Shown: positions 17,047 to 26,965, numbered from the stretch's first letter. The stretch is DNA of 64,000 nt from Anaerolineaceae bacterium (GCA_040768105.1 JAXGNE010000013.1:7490-71489); one strand, 5' to 3'. A program made the numbers and translations. Notes: a model not told the origin generated them from the letters alone.

Positions 17047-18606
17047 ATGAAGAGTAACGAACCGACAAGGCCAACCAGACCTATGGCAACGCCCCGCCAA
17101 GATAGAGTCCAAGCCACGAAAAAACATCATGGATGTTTGGTATTGCTTTTAGCTATAGTAGGTATTACCCTTTTGATAGTCTTGGTTTTATCCGTAACCA
17201 CTTATATATTTAATAGCAATCAGATTATTTTGCCTGGTGTGAGGGTTTATGATCTTGATTTATCTTTAAAAACCCGCCAACAAGCATCAGAAATAATAGA
17301 CTCGGTTTGGAACAAAGAAACCAGTATCTTGCTAGAAGCACCATTTGGTGAATTTTCTATAAATCCCAGTGATTTAGGCCTTACTATCGACGCAGAAGAG
17401 ACTGCAAATTTAGCCTACGGGGTTGGCCGCGAGAAGGATGCTGTTGACGAAATTCAACACCTATGGCAGAAGAAAAGCATCAATATCATCCCCATAGCAA
17501 GCTCAGACTTAGACATAGCCCAAAACTTGATCCAGTCAATTGCAGATTTGCACAACCAGCCAGCCTTGGAAAGTTATATCGAGCTGAAGGATGGACGTTG
17601 GCAATCTGTTCGTGGACATGATGGTGCACTTGTCGATGTCGAAGCTACACTTGCGCCACTAGTTGAAAAGCCGTTATTGGTCCTGATGCAGGGCAGTCTC
17701 CCAATCATCGTTAAACCTGTTTACCCTGCTGTTTATGATCTTTCAGAGTTGATTGATGAAATAGATCAACTAGTGTCAAAAGAGCTCAGTCTGCAAGCAT
17801 ACGACCCAATCCTGGATGAGCGCTTCTCCTGGTCAGTTTCAGATGAAATCAAAGCTGCCTGGGTAAAAGTTGACGGTGTTTCTCTAAAAGTCTGGTTGGA
17901 ACCGTCAAATGAGCAAATTGAAGGTCTGTTTGAGACCTGGAATCAAGACTTGGGCGGAGAGCGTCAAATTCAAATTCCAACAAATTTAGATATATTCAAA
18001 CAAACCTGGTTAGAAAGTGAATACGCTAAGGTGGAGATCAGGCATTTGCCCAGCACACATACCGTCCAGGCTGGCGAATCGCTGTGGGGAATTTCCCTCA
18101 ATTACGGTATGCCTTTGTACCGCCTGATGGATGCAAATCCCGGCTTGACTTCTGAAACTTTATTTACTGGACGTGAGATAATCATCCCTTCGCCCAATGA
18201 CCTGCTGCCCTTACCCGTCATCGAAAATAAGCGCATTGTGATATCGATTAGTCAACAGTACATGTGGACTTATGAGGATGGCAATTTACGCAGTGAGCAT
18301 GTGATCAGTACGGGCATGGACGATTCACCGACTATGGCTGGCATTTTTCAAATCCAAACACATGACATTAACGCCTACGCATCGAATTGGGATTTGTGGA
18401 TGCCTCATTTCATGGGTATATACGAGGCCTGGCCGGGTTTTATGAACGGCATTCATGGTCTGCCTTTGCTATCCAGCGGTGTACGCCTATGGGCAAGCAG
18501 TCTTGGCAGACCAGCCTCCTATGGCTGCGTTATCATGGACCTACCAGCAGCGGAGTCGCTTTTCTATTGGGCTGAGGAAGGCGTTGTTGTGGAGATTCAA
18601 CGCTAG
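17047..18606 (+). CDS. L,D-transpeptidase (YkuD) with LysM domain, membrane-anchored
   Basis: LysM HTVQAGESLWGISLNYGM. YkuD catalytic region GIHGLP...GRPASYGCVIM. GAGG lies 6 nt before the ATG at 17047. Confidence 0.8.
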   Translation: MKSNEPTRPTRPMATPRQDRVQATKKHHGCLVLLLAIVGITLLIVLVLSVTTYIFNSNQIILPGVRVYDLDLSLKTRQQASEIIDSVWNKETSILLEAPFGEFSINPSDLGLTIDAEETANLAYGVGREKDAVDEIQHLWQKKSINIIPIASSDLDIAQNLIQSIADLHNQPALESYIELKDGRWQSVRGHDGALVDVEATLAPLVEKPLLVLMQGSLPIIVKPVYPAVYDLSELIDEIDQLVSKELSLQAYDPILDERFSWSVSDEIKAAWVKVDGVSLKVWLEPSNEQIEGLFETWNQDLGGERQIQIPTNLDIFKQTWLESEYAKVEIRHLPSTHTVQAGESLWGISLNYGMPLYRLMDANPGLTSETLFTGREIIIPSPNDLLPLPVIENKRIVISISQQYMWTYEDGNLRSEHVISTGMDDSPTMAGIFQIQTHDINAYASNWDLWMPHFMGIYEAWPGFMNGIHGLPLLSSGVRLWASSLGRPASYGCVIMDLPAAESLFYWAEEGVVVEIQR

Positions 18607-18715
18607 GCAACACTGGTAATGAAGTTGCTAATTTGCATGTGTTTGGAATACTTCTTGCAACAATAAGCATAAGGTTTTAAATGAGCAAATAATGATGTTG
18701 AATAATGGGTAGTCG

Positions 18716-20950
18716 ATGTTGGCATTAAATGAAATCATCCTTGTATTGACGGAATTTCCAGGAAATTTGATTTATTACCTGGTTATCCTCTCTGCAGTTG
18801 CTTTAGCGCTTGCCACAGCTATTAGGGCTTACCAAACTACACCGGCCACCAAGACCAGAAGAGTCATGCTGGCAATGATCATCATTTTCAGTCTGCAAAT
18901 TTTACTATTTACACTTAGTCTTATTGCCTGGCGTGGGTCTGAGATGGCTAACCGCTTACTGCCGCTAGGTCACCGCATCCTGACCATGCTTTCATTAATT
19001 TGGTTGATCTGGTCTTTATTATCCCAAAAGCCAAAATCCTGGTTGGATATCCTTGCCAGCTTGTTAACCCTTCTGACCCTGATTGCTGGCGCCTTAGCCA
19101 TAATTTATTGGCTTAATGAACCTGCTGCCCTCAGTTTTAACGGCACTTGGTTGGACGCAACCTGGGTTATTGCCACATTTGTCCTGCTTTTATTAGCCTT
19201 TGCGGGCTTGCTGGCCCAAAAATCACATTACAAATTAGAAGGTATCTTAATCATTGTTTTTGCTGTTTTGGGATATTTGCTTTATTACTTCTCGCCTAAC
19301 GCAGGATCACTGCCTGCGGCTGTGCTTTTGAGTGAATTGCTTTATTATCCACTCCTTATCAGCATCGCCTGGCAGCATGCAAACCTTGCTTTCATTAATC
19401 ACTTCCAAGATGAAGCCAAATACAAACCTGTTGAGTCAGATGACCGGGTGGATGTTACCCCCCGCCTGGCAGAGTCCTTCTTAGAAATAGGTTTGCAGAA
19501 TAACAGTAAAAAGATTCAAAATGCAGTTTCACATGCTGTCAGTCTGTTTATGATGTCTGATATATGCGCTGTGATGCATTTGGACCAAAGCAACCTACAA
19601 ATCAATGTCGAATCAGCTTATGATCTCATCCGTGAAGATTACTTACGCTCCTTTAAGCTAAGTGCAGACCAGGCACCGAATCTATACCAGGCATTTTTAG
19701 ATGGTAAACCACTTCAATTAATCGCTAATGAGCGCTACAAATTAGACATTGATAACCTCTACACGGCAACAGGTTATAACCAGTTAGGGGACCCGTTGAT
19801 ATTTCCAATTAAATCCAATGGAAAAACCCACAGCATTGCACTATTGCTTATGACGCCCTACACATTTCGAAGATGGACACCGGAGAACCTTGAAAGACTT
19901 GAAAAGTTAGGACCCAGCCTTGCCCGGATTATTGAAAATGCTTTTGAGGTTGATGCACGCATTCATGCTACCGAAGGTATCCAAGTAACGCTGAACCAGG
20001 TAACAAGGGAAAATACACGCCTGCAAGAGCAGCTAGAGCGCAGCCAAATATTACTTGGTGAACTGCGATTGGAATACAACAATAATAAAAATGCCTACCA
20101 GGTCGAAATTCAATCTTGGGTTGAACGTGTTGAGAGCTTGAAAGACCAGATTTCGACTCTTGAAGACAAAATACAAGCAGGTCAAAGCATAGTCCAGGAA
20201 GCGCAGCAGCTCAAACAAGAAAAACAGAATTTGGAGCTGCAAGTGCAGCGGGCTAATCTGCAAATCGATCGCTTGAAATTGGCAATGCAGAAAGCAAAGT
20301 CAGTCGTTGATGACATTATTGCAGCCCAAGATCTTGAAGATTTACAAACACCTAAAGGGTTTAAGCAGGCTGGCTTGGAAGATCAAGAGGATCTAGTTGT
20401 GACCGGTTGGCAGCCTGAAATACACCTAGACACTATAGACCCGTTTGAGTTGGTCCATCAGTCCCTTTTGGAAGTCTCAGAGACAATTGCACAAAAGGAC
20501 CTCCAAATGCAGCTTGAATTAGGCGACTTGCCAGAGAAAATCAAGATTGTAAAAGACTCCTTTACAAAAGTATTTTCCAATTTATTAAGCAATGCCCTAT
20601 CTGCTTCGCCAAATGGCGCACAGGTGCAAGTGCGGGTGGCGCTCGGTGAAGACCCTGCACAGCAACCTTTTCTGGATATCCAGGTCACAGACCAGGGCGG
20701 TGGGCTCTCCCAGCAAGAACAAGATTCCTTCCAAAGGATGATTGAAAGAATTGCTCATCCTGTCCCTGGTGGTATTGGAGACATTGATGCCTTACGTGAG
20801 GTCATGAAACATATCCAGGTTTTGCAGGGTAATTTCTGGATAAACAGTGATGTAAACCAACCGACAACCTATCGCCTGCGATTGCCATTCGATTTTGATA
20901 GTAATTCAAAAGCAGATCTAATTGCAGACACACCAAAAGAAGAGATTTGA
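18716..20950 (+). CDS. Polytopic sensor protein with GAF-like region, long coiled coil and HATPase_c domain (histidine-kinase-like, no recognisable H-box)
   Basis: About 7 N-terminal TM spans. N-box FSNLLSNAL, then DQGGGLS and GGIGD motifs. No H-E-x-x-x-P-type motif seen. Confidence 0.65.
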   Translation: MLALNEIILVLTEFPGNLIYYLVILSAVALALATAIRAYQTTPATKTRRVMLAMIIIFSLQILLFTLSLIAWRGSEMANRLLPLGHRILTMLSLIWLIWSLLSQKPKSWLDILASLLTLLTLIAGALAIIYWLNEPAALSFNGTWLDATWVIATFVLLLLAFAGLLAQKSHYKLEGILIIVFAVLGYLLYYFSPNAGSLPAAVLLSELLYYPLLISIAWQHANLAFINHFQDEAKYKPVESDDRVDVTPRLAESFLEIGLQNNSKKIQNAVSHAVSLFMMSDICAVMHLDQSNLQINVESAYDLIREDYLRSFKLSADQAPNLYQAFLDGKPLQLIANERYKLDIDNLYTATGYNQLGDPLIFPIKSNGKTHSIALLLMTPYTFRRWTPENLERLEKLGPSLARIIENAFEVDARIHATEGIQVTLNQVTRENTRLQEQLERSQILLGELRLEYNNNKNAYQVEIQSWVERVESLKDQISTLEDKIQAGQSIVQEAQQLKQEKQNLELQVQRANLQIDRLKLAMQKAKSVVDDIIAAQDLEDLQTPKGFKQAGLEDQEDLVVTGWQPEIHLDTIDPFELVHQSLLEVSETIAQKDLQMQLELGDLPEKIKIVKDSFTKVFSNLLSNALSASPNGAQVQVRVALGEDPAQQPFLDIQVTDQGGGLSQQEQDSFQRMIERIAHPVPGGIGDIDALREVMKHIQVLQGNFWINSDVNQPTTYRLRLPFDFDSNSKADLIADTPKEEI

Positions 20951-20957
20951 GGAAATT

Positions 20958-22001
20958 ATGCAGCTTAAAAAACATCAAATAATCACGTTATCAGTCTTCC
21001 TGGTAATTACCCTTTCTTTATTCGGGGTTATCCTTGCAGGTGTTGTTGTCAATGTTGCTGCAAATTCGCCAGATTCAAACATCAATGTCAGGATTCGAGG
21101 CATGCACATCACCCCCACTCCCTTCCAGCCCAATTCATTTGCTTATGTTTTAGAGGACGGTAGTATCGAGGTATTGCCCCCCCAACCAGAAAATACGCCA
21201 ACGCCTGTGCCCACAATAGAATTAGCTGAACTCCCCGAAAGGCAGCTCAATATTTTATTGCTCGGCTCTGATTCCCGCAATGACGGCAGTTACCGCACTG
21301 ATGTCATCCTTTTACTTTCACTCAATCCAGAACACCAAGCGGTAAGCGTGGTTTCCTTTCCGCGGGATCTTTACGTGACCATCCCAGGCTGGCAGATGAA
21401 CCGAATTAATACCGCGCATATGGTTGGTGGATTTGAGCTTTTAGCAGAAACATTTCAAGCTAACTTTGGAATCCGACCAGATCTTTACCTAATGGTCGAT
21501 TTTGCTGGTTTCAGAGCTGTCATTGAAAGCCTAGGTGGCATCGATGTACAGGTAGAAAAATTCTTTGAAGATCAATGTGACCACACCCTTAGCATCAACA
21601 GTCATTGTTTTGTGTACCCCGGTGTGGAGCATATGGATGCTGATTGGGCTTTATGGTATGCCAGGGCGCGTTACTCCACCAATGACTTTGATCGTGCCAG
21701 GCGCGCACAAGAAGTAGTCCAAGCGATTTTTAACCGCATCATTAGCCTGGATATGATTACAAAAGTTCCAGAAATGTATGACCTTTACACGCAATATGTC
21801 GAGACAAACGTTGGGTTGGGAGATATCTTGGCTTACCTACCACTTGCCTACTCCGTGCGCGATGGCAGCAACATCAACCGGTACGTGGTCGGACAGGAAC
21901 ATGTCACCAACTGGATCACTGGCGAAGGCGCCATGGTATTAATTCCAGATTATTACGCCATCCAAAACATCTTAGCTGAAGCTTTGTATCTGAACCAGTA
22001 A
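20958..22001 (+). CDS. LCP (LytR-CpsA-Psr) family protein
   Basis: LLLGSDSR...RTDVILLLS...SFPRDLYV...NRINTA...DFAGFRAVIESLGGIDV. GAGGA upstream of the ATG at 20958. Confidence 0.85.
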   Translation: MQLKKHQIITLSVFLVITLSLFGVILAGVVVNVAANSPDSNINVRIRGMHITPTPFQPNSFAYVLEDGSIEVLPPQPENTPTPVPTIELAELPERQLNILLLGSDSRNDGSYRTDVILLLSLNPEHQAVSVVSFPRDLYVTIPGWQMNRINTAHMVGGFELLAETFQANFGIRPDLYLMVDFAGFRAVIESLGGIDVQVEKFFEDQCDHTLSINSHCFVYPGVEHMDADWALWYARARYSTNDFDRARRAQEVVQAIFNRIISLDMITKVPEMYDLYTQYVETNVGLGDILAYLPLAYSVRDGSNINRYVVGQEHVTNWITGEGAMVLIPDYYAIQNILAEALYLNQ

Positions 22002-22077
22002 GTATTTGACAAGTTCTAATTATTGTTATAAACTAAAAATAGTTAGACTATACGAAAAAATATAGACTGGAGAAATC

Positions 22078-23019
22078 ATGTCTGATAAACCTGTATCGCT
22101 TTCTGCTCATATCACTGAAGATACACTCTTGCAACCAGCTATTCAAGCCTGGAAGTTTTACCTGCGCGACCAGGGACGTTCTACACATACCGTAAAAGCG
22201 TTTGAAGCAGATCTGCAATTGCTATCAAGCTTCTTGCCGTCTGATAAGCCAATTGGGCAGATCACCACGAAAGACCTGGAGGACTTTACCAATTGGCTTG
22301 CAAACGAACGGAACATACCCTGCAGCCCGAAAAGCTTAGCAAGGAGGATTACCTCGCTCAAATCTTTTTTTCGCTGGCTGAGTTCTAATGCTGTACTAAC
22401 CGTTGACCCTGCTGAAAAATTAGTCCAGTTAGCAGTGAAGAGCCCCCTGCCGGTGGTGCTGACCCAATCAGAAGTACAAAAGGTTATCGATACAGCTGAT
22501 GCCATGCGCTTTAAACAGCCGGCAGACTCACGGCCTTACACGCTCCTGTCCCTGCTACTTGAAACAGCAATTAAAAAAGGTGAATGTATTAACCTAAGCT
22601 TGAACCACCTTGATTTTGATTCACCAAACGGACCCTTTATCTTCGTGCGTTATACCAATCCTCGTTACCGGTACAAAGAAAGAAAAATTCCCGTTTCCCA
22701 GTTTTGGGTAGAGGCTTTTAGGGAATATCAACAACAATACAATCCTGTTGACCAAGCCTTCCCATGGTCTCCACGCCGCTTGGAGTATATCTTGGAAGAT
22801 ATTAGCAACGCTGCAGGCCTTGAAAAACATTTATCATTTGACATGTGCCGCTGGACTAGCGCTTTGAACGATCTTGTTAATGGCATCGAACCGGATAAGA
22901 TTAGGCAAAAATTGGGCATATCAAAAATTCAATGGCGGGAAATCTTCCAAAAATTACGCACCCTAGCAAAAGAACAGGGCTTTGATACCCAAGCCTGGGA
23001 AGAAAACCCAGAGGAATAA
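22078..23019 (+). CDS. Xer-like tyrosine recombinase homolog with apparently substituted catalytic residues
   Basis: SAM-like N-domain (SLARRITSLKSFFRWL) and a C-domain collinear with XerD. See the findings for the substitutions. Confidence 0.6.
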   Translation: MSDKPVSLSAHITEDTLLQPAIQAWKFYLRDQGRSTHTVKAFEADLQLLSSFLPSDKPIGQITTKDLEDFTNWLANERNIPCSPKSLARRITSLKSFFRWLSSNAVLTVDPAEKLVQLAVKSPLPVVLTQSEVQKVIDTADAMRFKQPADSRPYTLLSLLLETAIKKGECINLSLNHLDFDSPNGPFIFVRYTNPRYRYKERKIPVSQFWVEAFREYQQQYNPVDQAFPWSPRRLEYILEDISNAAGLEKHLSFDMCRWTSALNDLVNGIEPDKIRQKLGISKIQWREIFQKLRTLAKEQGFDTQAWEENPEE

Positions 23020-23036
23020 TAAGACAATCCTTAGAA

Positions 23037-23062
23037 TGCCCTCTTGCGAGGGCACATTTTTT
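23037..23062 (+). terminator. Intrinsic terminator
   Basis: tgccctc-ttgc-gagggca hairpin followed by ca-TTTTTT. Confidence 0.7.
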
Positions 23063-23116
23063 ATGCCATGTGCAGCTTTTTTCATGCACTTAGTGCACCC
23101 CCTGTCAAGTCAAAAG

Positions 23117-24444
23117 AAAATGTTACTGAACAGGTTTGGTTGGTTCAAAAGATAATGTTGCCGAATGATAGTCCTCCTCCATTCTTAAAGTATCAAAGAT
23201 ATTGACCAGGTTAGCATTTTCTGTAGATTTGACATGCCAAAGATTATAAATATTCTTCTCAAGTCTTTCACGTAGCGCTAGAATGTCAACCTGGTCGCGC
23301 ATATACATGAGCAACTCAAGGTTGTGTTTTGTGACAGCATTGGTTTCTGCCAGACGATCCAAGGGTGGTCGCGCGTGGTCAAATACTCGTCGGTAATGCA
23401 TCTCATCAAGATAATTTTTCTGGATTGTTTTCATAACAGGTTGGAAGAAATTGTGATAACACATGAGGTCATTATAAATTTCGCGTAAAATCATCAACTG
23501 CTGTAAGGTGTCCAGGCGACCATAACCGATATAAGCCCTAATCAAGCTGGCATTATTCTCCTCGACAAAGCGATTATCGTTTTTATGAAAAGGACGAGAT
23601 CGGGATATATATAGATCGGGGAGAGCATCTTTCCAAAACCTGAGTAAATGTTGGTTGAAGAACTCACCTCCGTTATCGGGGTGTATTTCTATGACTGGGA
23701 TCGGCAAATTCATCAGGATCCACTCAAAGCCATCTTTCATCACGCGATAACTACGACCAAAAACAGCTTGTATTCCGCACCAACCTGTCGCCACATCTGT
23801 CATTTGAATGGTATGAATATACCCTCCGGAACTGTCCTCGTCGCAATGCAGAACCAAATCAACCTCAAAGTGACCAGGTTGGGGGATATCATAAGGTATC
23901 CTGCGCATGGGGTATGTTTCTCTAAATGAGTTTCTTTTTCTTTTAGGGTATCTTTTCTGTCCGATTTTATCTGCAGTCTTATTGGTATTTGCCAGGGCTC
24001 TTTTCAATGTGGAGATACTGATCCTCTCTAAGCCTTCTAAAGTATCCTCACCCACAACTAATTGATGATGGTTACTGAGATGCTTTGCCATAAAGACAAG
24101 GTTTGGTTGAAGCCGCTCAGCGCATGGATGATCTAATACACGTGATATTATTCTGGCTGCAGCAATTACATCTCCTCCATAGGTTGGGCCCCGTTCATTG
24201 GTTCTTTTCTTTCGTGATAAGCGACCATTTAATATGCGAATAATGGATTTCCTGTTCATCCCGGTTACATGCTCCATATCATCAAGCATCTTACTTTTTT
24301 CTTTCTTTGTGGCTCCTCGATACAACTTCCACATTTTGTGTAAGTACTTCCGTCTTTCATTGATTGTCATTTCATCTTTTTCGGACATCGCTAGCTCCAG
24401 TAACATTATCTTTTGAGCTAACGATACTATTTCAGTAACATTTT
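23117..24444 (-). mobile_element. Insertion sequence (rve/DDE integrase-type; minimal extent defined by 14-bp inverted repeats)
   Basis: AAAATGTTACTGAA at 23117-23130 is the exact reverse complement of TTCAGTAACATTTT at 24431-24444. They bracket a single transposase ORF. Confidence 0.7.
23123..24406 (-). CDS. DDE transposase with integrase core (rve) domain
   Basis: FEVDLV..., HPDNGGEF and RPFHKNDNRFVEENNASLIR give D, D and E spacing typical of rve-type transposases. N-terminal HTH-like region. Alternative start at 24388. Confidence 0.8.
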   Translation of the reverse strand: MLLELAMSEKDEMTINERRKYLHKMWKLYRGATKKEKSKMLDDMEHVTGMNRKSIIRILNGRLSRKKRTNERGPTYGGDVIAAARIISRVLDHPCAERLQPNLVFMAKHLSNHHQLVVGEDTLEGLERISISTLKRALANTNKTADKIGQKRYPKRKRNSFRETYPMRRIPYDIPQPGHFEVDLVLHCDEDSSGGYIHTIQMTDVATGWCGIQAVFGRSYRVMKDGFEWILMNLPIPVIEIHPDNGGEFFNQHLLRFWKDALPDLYISRSRPFHKNDNRFVEENNASLIRAYIGYGRLDTLQQLMILREIYNDLMCYHNFFQPVMKTIQKNYLDEMHYRRVFDHARPPLDRLAETNAVTKHNLELLMYMRDQVDILALRERLEKNIYNLWHVKSTENANLVNIFDTLRMEEDYHSATLSFEPTKPVQ

Positions 24445-24526
24445 AGATGAACTAACGCGCACCCATGACAAATTATCATGATAATGTTATTATTGGCGGC
24501 GTTTAACAAAAATAGAGCTGGCATTT

Positions 24527-25522
24527 ATGCCGTTTAGATGGAGAAAATTAATAATGTATACACAAAAACCAGAAAAGAAAAGGTCATGCTTGACCTGCCT
24601 TCTTTTTGTCATTCTGTTTTTAATGGTACTTATCGTTGCAGGTGGCATCAGCGTGAACCTAATCAGGCAAGGACAGCCGGGTTTCTTAACTAATTTACTA
24701 AATAGTAAAACAGAAGATACAGAGGCTGCTCAGCAAATCACTGGCTGGCTACCCGTACCAGAACATGTTAAGACTATTATGCTGCTTGGGTCAGATTATC
24801 GACCAGAATCAGGATTCCGTACGGATGTCATTCTTCTGGTTGCTTACAACCTGCAAACGGGCAAAGCAAATATGCTTTCATTCCCTCGTGATCTTTGGGT
24901 CGAAATTCCTGGTTGGACTTATGAGAGAATTAATACGGCAGTACAGGTTGGTGGTTTCGACCTTCTCGGTGACACAATGCAAGTTAATTTTGGTTTCAGA
25001 CCAGATCATTATGCCATGGTGGATTTCAATGGCTTTAAGAAAATCATCAATTTATTGGGTGGAATTGATGTCCACGCCAGGCAACCAATGGAAGATCAAT
25101 GTGAATTTAACAGCGAACGTTGGTGTTATATAGAAGAAGGCGTTCAGTATATGGATGCGGAAAAAGCGCTATGGTACGTACGTGCGCGGTACAACTCATC
25201 CGATTTTGATCGCACCCGCCGAGCCCAAGAAGTAGTCAGTGCCATTTTTAAGAAGGCAATCAGTCCCAGCAGCATCATGAATATGCCCTTATTAATTGGT
25301 ACAATTAGTACGCTGGTGGAATCAGACTCTAACCTGGTTGATTTGTGGTATTTCTTAGTGCCTTTGAACAAGTTTACTAAGGAAGATAATTTCAACTCCT
25401 TTACTTTGACCCCAAACGAAGCTATGCCCTGGATGACAGATGGCGGCGCCAGCGTGCTCTTGCCCAACTACCCCCTGATTGAACAAATCCTCTACCAGGT
25501 ATTATGGATCAATAATCCATAA
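24527..25522 (+). CDS. LCP (LytR-CpsA-Psr) family protein, second paralog
   Basis: MLLGSDYR...RTDVILLVA...SFPRDLWV...ERINTA...DFNGFKKIINLLGGIDV. Alternative start at 24554. Confidence 0.85.
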   Translation: MPFRWRKLIMYTQKPEKKRSCLTCLLFVILFLMVLIVAGGISVNLIRQGQPGFLTNLLNSKTEDTEAAQQITGWLPVPEHVKTIMLLGSDYRPESGFRTDVILLVAYNLQTGKANMLSFPRDLWVEIPGWTYERINTAVQVGGFDLLGDTMQVNFGFRPDHYAMVDFNGFKKIINLLGGIDVHARQPMEDQCEFNSERWCYIEEGVQYMDAEKALWYVRARYNSSDFDRTRRAQEVVSAIFKKAISPSSIMNMPLLIGTISTLVESDSNLVDLWYFLVPLNKFTKEDNFNSFTLTPNEAMPWMTDGGASVLLPNYPLIEQILYQVLWINNP

Positions 25523-25525
25523 AAT

Positions 25526-26965
25526 TTATTGAATAGACTTCAGTAATTGAAGATGTAAGATCGCTTTTTCTGAGCCCTTCATCCTGAAGTTGTGTGCAGG
25601 TTGCAGACCTGCTATCCAAACGATATGTTCCCCAGAAGTGAGCAGCGGCCAAAGGTCACGCGCTTCCTGGGGGATATTTTTATTAATAAAGAAATCACTC
25701 AACTTCTGGCTGTGGCCACCCATACCAAGTGGTTGAAAGCGCTCGCCTTCCTGCCTACCCCGCACTACCAAGGGGAAATTAAAACTTTCTGCATTCAGCC
25801 ATGCCTGGTTTGGGTCTTGCAGGTCGGCTTGAGGGATTTGGCTGATACTTAAATCTTCAAGCAAGTCGGCTTGAACTTTCCAGCCATTTGCCAAGTCAAC
25901 TGCACTACCCGGTTGAAACTGGGCAGCAAAATCTGCGTTTTTTAATTGCGGAAAATTGGGGAAGCGCAGGTTGGCATCCTTTTCAATTATGTAAAAGACA
26001 TCTTTTTTAATCATCAGGTCAAGATAATCTATAAAATCCACACGGCCGACATTACCTGGCTGCTGCAGCGTTTTTATAGCCCGATCTATAGTATCAAAAC
26101 CAATGTCTCTCAAAGATGGTCGCAGGTGCGCACACATGCTGCGCAGTAAACGGCGTTGCATTCCTAAGCCCTTTTGATTGAAACGCTGCCTGTCCAGACT
26201 AATATAGCCCTTTTGAGCATCCACCAGGCATTCCTGCAGGGTCTGCTGGGTAAGCTCGGTTAATATTTGCTCGTCATGGGCTAAGACATCAGCCATTCGC
26301 CAAAACACCTGTTTGATATTCGGGTTATAAGTTTGTAAGATAGGCAAAAGCTGATGCCGCAACCGATTGCGATAATAAGTCAGATCACGATTACTATCAT
26401 CAATTACAGGCACTAAACCCTTACTTTCGCAGTAGGCTTCCACTTCTGCCCGCCATAATCCCAACATTGGTCTAACCAATGGCAAGCTGTTGTGCCAAGC
26501 TGAAATTACTTCACAATAAGCCATGCCCTTTAAGCCGCTCATGCCTGCCCCTCTCAGCAAGTGCATTAAAACGGTCTCCACTTGGTCATCGGCGGTATGC
26601 CCAACTACGACTGCCTGGCAAACCGCTGATTGTGCTGTCTGAAAGAGAAATGCATAACGACATTCCCTAGCCGCTTCTTCAATCGATTGCTTGTGTTCTT
26701 TGGCATACTGATGTACATCAACAACTTCAGTAACAAATGGAAGTCCTGACTGTTGCACAAAGTCAGCTACAAAACGCGCTTCACTTTTTGAGTTTGCTCT
26801 CAGTTGATGATCCAAGTGCGCAACGACCAGGTTTGCCCCTGCCTGTTGAAGAACATGCAACAGCGTCAAGCTATCCGGACCACCCGATACCCCAATCAGC
26901 AGCTTTTGTCCCAAATCAATGCCGCATTTATTAAACAAATCATCTATAACGCGTTGTTCAAGCAT
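25526..26965 (-). CDS. tilS: tRNA(Ile)-lysidine synthetase
   Basis: PP-loop LIGVSGGPDSLTLLHVL. C-terminal TilS substrate-binding region. Confidence 0.9.
   Translation of the reverse strand: MLEQRVIDDLFNKCGIDLGQKLLIGVSGGPDSLTLLHVLQQAGANLVVAHLDHQLRANSKSEARFVADFVQQSGLPFVTEVVDVHQYAKEHKQSIEEAARECRYAFLFQTAQSAVCQAVVVGHTADDQVETVLMHLLRGAGMSGLKGMAYCEVISAWHNSLPLVRPMLGLWRAEVEAYCESKGLVPVIDDSNRDLTYYRNRLRHQLLPILQTYNPNIKQVFWRMADVLAHDEQILTELTQQTLQECLVDAQKGYISLDRQRFNQKGLGMQRRLLRSMCAHLRPSLRDIGFDTIDRAIKTLQQPGNVGRVDFIDYLDLMIKKDVFYIIEKDANLRFPNFPQLKNADFAAQFQPGSAVDLANGWKVQADLLEDLSISQIPQADLQDPNQAWLNAESFNFPLVVRGRQEGERFQPLGMGGHSQKLSDFFINKNIPQEARDLWPLLTSGEHIVWIAGLQPAHNFRMKGSEKAILHLQLLKSIQ

Noticed and set aside
22006-22032. 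TTGACA-15-TATAAA as the promoter of the Xer-like gene
   Set aside because: The 15-nt spacer is short, so this is only a weak candidate and I did not list it as a feature.
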